This document shows, one piece after another, positions 34,053 to 37,655 of a DNA stretch of 37,655 nt (within the stretch, counting starts at the first letter, position 1; each line of letters begins with the position of its first letter). The notes under the pieces were generated by a model that had not been told where the DNA came from, did no database searches, and saw only the letters and a list, made by a program, of their open reading frames with translations. The position numbers and the translations under genes were made by a program. The stretch comes from Comamonadaceae bacterium (GTDB lineage: Bacteria; Pseudomonadota; Gammaproteobacteria; Burkholderiales; Burkholderiaceae_C): the NCBI GenBank assembly GCA_947374705.1, contig CANCDA010000001.1:1-37655 (forward strand), read 5' to 3'.

Positions 34053-35006
34053 ATGTCGATTCAACACATCACACTGAAGGCCGTTGCGGCCCTGGCCCTG
34101 GGGGCTGCGGTGGCCCTGGGGGTGGGCTCCAGCACCATCTTGTCGCTGTTGACACAGGCCATCATCTACGCCGTGTTTGCCATTGGCGTGGGCCTGCTGC
34201 TGCGGCAAAACGGCATGGTCAGCTTTGGCCACGCCTTGTTTTTTGGCTGCTCGGCCTACGTGGTCGGCATCCTCTTGCAGCTCAAGCTGATGCCGGCCGA
34301 AGTGGCCCTGCTGGTCACGCTGCTCGGCATCACCGTCATCGCCTTTGTCATGGGCCTGGTGATCGTGCGCGTGCCGGGGGTTGCTTTTGGTATGTTGACG
34401 CTGGCGGTGGGGCAAATGTTCTACCTCACAGCCTCGCGCTCGCGCGGGCTCACCGGTGGGGCCGACGGCATGAGCATCGAATGGCCGTCCACCCTGTTTG
34501 GCATGGCGCAGTCGCAACTGCTCAAACCTGCCAGCATGTTTTTGATTTGCTGGAGCACGCTGGTCATCGTGGTGACGCTGCTGGCCCTGTTGCTGCGCAG
34601 CCGCTTTGGCGGCATCACCGAGGCCGTGCGTGACAACGAAGAGCGCGCCCGCTTCATCGGCATCCGCACCCTGCTGCCGCGCGCGGCGGTGTATGCGCTG
34701 TCGGCAGCCATTGCCGGGGTGGCGGGTTTGCTGTCGGCGCTGAATACCGGTTTTGTCTCGCCCGAGAGTCTGCACTGGAGCCTGTCGGGTGTGGCGCTGA
34801 TGATGGTGGTGGTGGGCGGCTACCAAGCCTTGTGGGGCCCGGCGCTCGGGGCTGTGGTGTATTTCCTGGCCAAAGATATTTTGGGCGACTACGCCAGTCA
34901 CTGGATGGCTATTTTCGGCATCGCGCTGATCACGGTGATCGTGTTCTCGCCCACGGGCCTGGCCGGTATCTTGCAGCGGCTGTGGAAGGGGCGCACCCAT
35001 GACTGA
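34053..35006 (+). CDS. Liv-type ABC transporter permease (LivM family)
   Basis: Hydrophobic ORF with GMVSFGHALFFGCSAY and a C-terminal membrane domain. Start ATG 34053 is the first ATG after the upstream stop, but there is no clear RBS. Confidence 0.85.
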   Translation: MSIQHITLKAVAALALGAAVALGVGSSTILSLLTQAIIYAVFAIGVGLLLRQNGMVSFGHALFFGCSAYVVGILLQLKLMPAEVALLVTLLGITVIAFVMGLVIVRVPGVAFGMLTLAVGQMFYLTASRSRGLTGGADGMSIEWPSTLFGMAQSQLLKPASMFLICWSTLVIVVTLLALLLRSRFGGITEAVRDNEERARFIGIRTLLPRAAVYALSAAIAGVAGLLSALNTGFVSPESLHWSLSGVALMMVVVGGYQALWGPALGAVVYFLAKDILGDYASHWMAIFGIALITVIVFSPTGLAGILQRLWKGRTHD

Positions 35007-35718
35007 ATTTGTAATGCAGGCGAACGACGTGGCCATTCACTATGGTGGCGTCAAGGCGGTGGATGGCGTGTCGCTCACGCTGGAGCGCGGCCAGATTCGC
35101 GGTTTGATTGGCCCCAACGGGGCGGGCAAAACCACGGTCATCAACGCCATCACCGGGCGCTCGCGCCTGACCCGTGGCCAGATCATGCTGCGCGGTGAGG
35201 ATGTGAGCCACACGGACGTGGTGGAGCGCCGTCGCCGGGGGCTGTCACGCTCGTTCCAGCGCACCAGCGTCTTTGGTCAGATGCCGGTGCGCAAGCAAGT
35301 TGAGTTGGCCTCTCACATGATGGGGGTGGCCGACTCGGCGGCGGATGCCGACGACGTGCTGCGCGAGCTGTCACTGGATCGTCTGGGCCCTGTGGTGGCA
35401 GCTGACCTGGGCTACGGCGAGCAGCGGCGGCTGGACCTGGCCCTGGCGCTGGTGGGCCGCCCCGCCGTGCTACTGCTGGACGAACCCATGGCCGGGCTGT
35501 CGGTCAAAGAGTCGCTGGACTTGGCGCAGCACTTGAAGGCATTGACCTCGCGCCGCGACATCTCCGTGCTGCTGGTGGAACACGACATGGACGTGGTGTT
35601 CGGCATCTCCGATGTCGTCACCGTGTTTGAGCTGGGCCGTGTGATTGCGGCAGGCACACCAGCGCAGGTGCGCACCGACCCCCGCGTGCGCGAAGCCTAC
35701 CTGGGGAGCGCGGCATGA
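34999..35718 (+). CDS. Liv-type ABC transporter ATP-binding protein (LivG-like)
   Basis: Walker A GPNGAGKTT, signature-region LGYGEQRRL, Walker B LLLDEPMAG and H-loop VEHDM. ATGA overlap with the permease stop. Confidence 0.92.
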   Translation: MTEFVMQANDVAIHYGGVKAVDGVSLTLERGQIRGLIGPNGAGKTTVINAITGRSRLTRGQIMLRGEDVSHTDVVERRRRGLSRSFQRTSVFGQMPVRKQVELASHMMGVADSAADADDVLRELSLDRLGPVVAADLGYGEQRRLDLALALVGRPAVLLLDEPMAGLSVKESLDLAQHLKALTSRRDISVLLVEHDMDVVFGISDVVTVFELGRVIAAGTPAQVRTDPRVREAYLGSAA

Positions 35719-36413
35719 AACCACTTCTGCAACTGGAGCAGGTCGATGCTTTTTACGGCGCGGCCCACATCCTTCATGGCCTGACGCTGCAGGTCAATGC
35801 GGGCGAAAGCGTGGCGCTGATCGGGCGCAACGGCGTGGGCAAGACGACGGTGGTCAACACCATTCTGGGCCTGGCGTCCTTGCGCGGCGGCCAAATCCAC
35901 ATTGGCGGGGAGCTCATTGCCAAGCCCCGCACCTACATGGCCGCGCAACGCGGTGTGGCGGTGGTGCCGCAAGGTCGCTGCATTGTGGCCAATTTGAGTG
36001 TGGAAGAAAACCTCTTGCTCGGCGCCGCCGTCGGCCGCAAAGGGCCGTGGAGCGTACCGGAGATATACAAACTGTTCCCCATCCTGCAAGAGCGTGCCCA
36101 CACCCCTGGCACGGCCCTGTCCGGCGGGCAGCAGCAAATGCTGGCCGTCGGCCGCGCCTTGATGGCCAACCCGCATCTGATCTTGCTCGACGAGCCCACC
36201 GAAGGCCTGGCCCCGGTGATCGTCGATCAGCTCGGCGTGATCTTCAACCAAGTGGCGGCGCAGGGCACGGCCTTGCTATTGATCGAGCAAAACATGACGC
36301 TGGTCACGCGCGTCGCCCAACGCTATGTGGCGATGGCCAAAGGCGCTGTCGTCGCCGAAGGCATCGTGCACGACGAGAGCCTGGACGAGTTGCACCAGCA
36401 CGTGATGGTTTGA
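35715..36413 (+). CDS. Liv-type ABC transporter ATP-binding protein (LivF-like)
   Basis: Walker A GRNGVGKTT, signature LSGGQQQML and Walker B ILLDEPTEGLAP. ATGA overlap with the preceding ATPase. Confidence 0.92.
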   Translation: MKPLLQLEQVDAFYGAAHILHGLTLQVNAGESVALIGRNGVGKTTVVNTILGLASLRGGQIHIGGELIAKPRTYMAAQRGVAVVPQGRCIVANLSVEENLLLGAAVGRKGPWSVPEIYKLFPILQERAHTPGTALSGGQQQMLAVGRALMANPHLILLDEPTEGLAPVIVDQLGVIFNQVAAQGTALLLIEQNMTLVTRVAQRYVAMAKGAVVAEGIVHDESLDELHQHVMV

Positions 36414-36443
36414 TTTTGAGAAATGAATTTTTCAAGTACCGGC

Positions 36444-36470
36444 AGCCGGACCGATTCCGGCTTTTTGATT
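36444..36470 (+). terminator. Rho-independent terminator or attenuator between the ATPase and binding-protein genes
   Basis: AGCCGGA(36444-36450)-CCGAT-TCCGGCT(36456-36462) is a perfect 7-bp stem followed by TTTTGATT. Confidence 0.65.
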
Positions 36471-36484
36471 CAGGAGACGATGAC

Positions 36485-37655
36485 ATGTTCAAGATGAAAT
36501 CCCCGCGCCGCGCTTTGCTGGCCTTGGCACTCACTGCAGCGCTGCCCATGGCCGCGTTGGCGCAAGCCAAAGACCCGGTCAAAGTCGGCCTGGTCAGCTC
36601 CAAATCGGGCGTGTTTGCCGAGATGGGTGAAGAGGTGTTCCGCGCGGTGCGCTTTGCCATTGACGAAGCCAACGCCAAGGGCGGCGTGGATGGTCGCAAG
36701 GTCGAAGTACAAGAGGCCGATGACGAAAGCACACCCGACGCCGGACGCCGCGTGGCCGAGAAACTCTCACGCGACGGCTACAACCTGTTGATCGGTGCCA
36801 TCCCCTCGTCCATCTCCTTGGCCTTCGCGCCCAACCTGGAGCGTTGGGACGCGGCCTACTTCGTCGTGGCCAGCAAGGCCGACAAAATCACCGGCGACAC
36901 CTGCAAGCCACGCAGCTTTCGCACCAACCACTCAGACGCCATGGACATGGCCATGATTGCCGAATGGGCCAAAGGCTTCAAGGACAAAACCTACGCCTCC
37001 ATCGCCGCCGACTACGTCTGGGGTCGCGACTCATCCGAGTCCTTCGCCAAGGCCGTCAAAGGCCAAGGCAAAGAAGTCAAGCTGCAACTCTTCGCCCCCA
37101 TTGGCACCAAAGATTTCTCGCCCTACATCGCGCAACTGAAAGAAGCCAAAGTTGACGCCATCTGGGTGGCCGAGATTGGCCGCGACGCCATCGCCTTCAT
37201 CAAGCAAGCGCAAGAGTTCGGCCTGATCCCGCAAGCCAAGCTCATCGGCCACGCCTTGATCCTGAACTTCATGATCAACGCCACCGGCAAGTCACTGGAA
37301 GGCACGCCCGGCACTACCAGCTACACACCTGACATTGACACCCCGCGCAACAAAGCCTTTGTCGCCGCCTGGAAAGCCAAGTTCAACCGCCTGCCCACCG
37401 ACACCGAAGGCCAGGCCTACAACGGCACGCAAGTCATATTCCAGGGCGTGACCAAAGCAAAGAGCGTCAAACCCGCCGACGTGTCCAAGGCTTTGCAAGG
37501 TGCGAACATCGACTCGATCTATGGCTCCGTCTTGATGCGCGCCGCCGACAACCAACTGATGCTGCCCAATTTTGTGGCCCGCACCAAGATGGCCGACGGC
37601 GTGCTGCGCCCAGTGATCGAGCAGACTTTTCCATCCTCATTGGCCCCGGCGGCTT
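36485..37655 (+). CDS. ABC transporter periplasmic substrate-binding protein (LivK/Peripla_BP_6-like), 3' end outside window
   Basis: Absent from the ORF track because it has no stop codon in the window. GGAG lies 8 nt before ATG 36485. My translation is MFKMKSPRRALLALALTAALPMAALAQAKDPVKVGLVSSKSGVFAEMGEE...: a signal peptide followed by the typical family start. The frame is open to 37655. Confidence 0.85.
   Translation, partial: MFKMKSPRRALLALALTAALPMAALAQAKDPVKVGLVSSKSGVFAEMGEEVFRAVRFAIDEANAKGGVDGRKVEVQEADDESTPDAGRRVAEKLSRDGYNLLIGAIPSSISLAFAPNLERWDAAYFVVASKADKITGDTCKPRSFRTNHSDAMDMAMIAEWAKGFKDKTYASIAADYVWGRDSSESFAKAVKGQGKEVKLQLFAPIGTKDFSPYIAQLKEAKVDAIWVAEIGRDAIAFIKQAQEFGLIPQAKLIGHALILNFMINATGKSLEGTPGTTSYTPDIDTPRNKAFVAAWKAKFNRLPTDTEGQAYNGTQVIFQGVTKAKSVKPADVSKALQGANIDSIYGSVLMRAADNQLMLPNFVARTKMADGVLRPVIEQTFPSSLAPAA

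Noticed and set aside
33975-35036. 353-aa minus-strand ORF rich in H, Q, R and D
   Set aside because: It is antisense to the LivM-type permease. The extreme composition (HHHHQRH, DDGD runs) is incompatible with a folded protein. The plus-strand gene is translationally coupled to its neighbours.
1-37655. Mobile element, genomic island, defence system or CRISPR array
   Set aside because: There are no transposase, integrase, recombinase, phage, toxin-antitoxin (beyond the doubtful relic at 22278-22469), restriction or Cas-like ORFs. I noticed no spaced direct-repeat arrays and no flanking tRNA. Apart from short AT-rich intergenic stretches, I noticed no compositional break between gene blocks.

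Overview
This is a densely coding, high-GC segment. From gene content and repeat types it looks like a Burkholderiales/Comamonadaceae-type betaproteobacterial chromosome; that placement is inference, not a search result. I found no rRNA, tRNA, CRISPR array, transposase, integrase or recognisable defence genes. The window is catabolic and transport 'accessory metabolism'.

Contents in order:
1. 1-6032: a Liv-type ABC importer (ATPase, 2 permeases, binding protein, second ATPase) ending in a PaaK-like ligase whose phosphate-binding loop is degenerate.
2. 6100-8181: two tandem orphan Bug/TctC binding proteins, followed by a small DUF1840 gene on the minus strand.
3. 8751-17651, minus strand: a tightly packed nine-gene cluster of unknown substrate. 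It encodes a lipoprotein YVTN beta-propeller, a 3-hydroxyacid dehydrogenase, a GlcG/DUF336 protein, an SDR, a BKACE beta-keto-acid cleavage enzyme, an LLM flavin monooxygenase, an amidohydrolase-2 enzyme with an odd N-terminal extension, a TctC binding protein and an LVIVD beta-propeller. This is the best candidate for an undescribed pathway.
4. 17834-22150: a Tat-exported alpha/beta hydrolase, a stand-alone cNMP-binding domain protein, a secreted Sel1-repeat/trypsin-like protease fusion, and an orphan MetH homocysteine-binding module whose stop overlaps the protease start.
5. 22470-37655: a bad/ali-like cyclohexanecarboxylate-to-pimeloyl-CoA-to-glutaryl-CoA cluster. It has BadH-like and BadI-like genes, two acyl-CoA dehydrogenases, gcdH, an MDR dehydrogenase, a MarR regulator and an AliA-like CoA ligase. 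A palindrome-rich divergent control region, a TctC binding protein, an SDR and a second complete Liv-type ABC importer accompany it.

Product calls rest on motifs I can read in the translations and on remembered family signatures. No database search was run.
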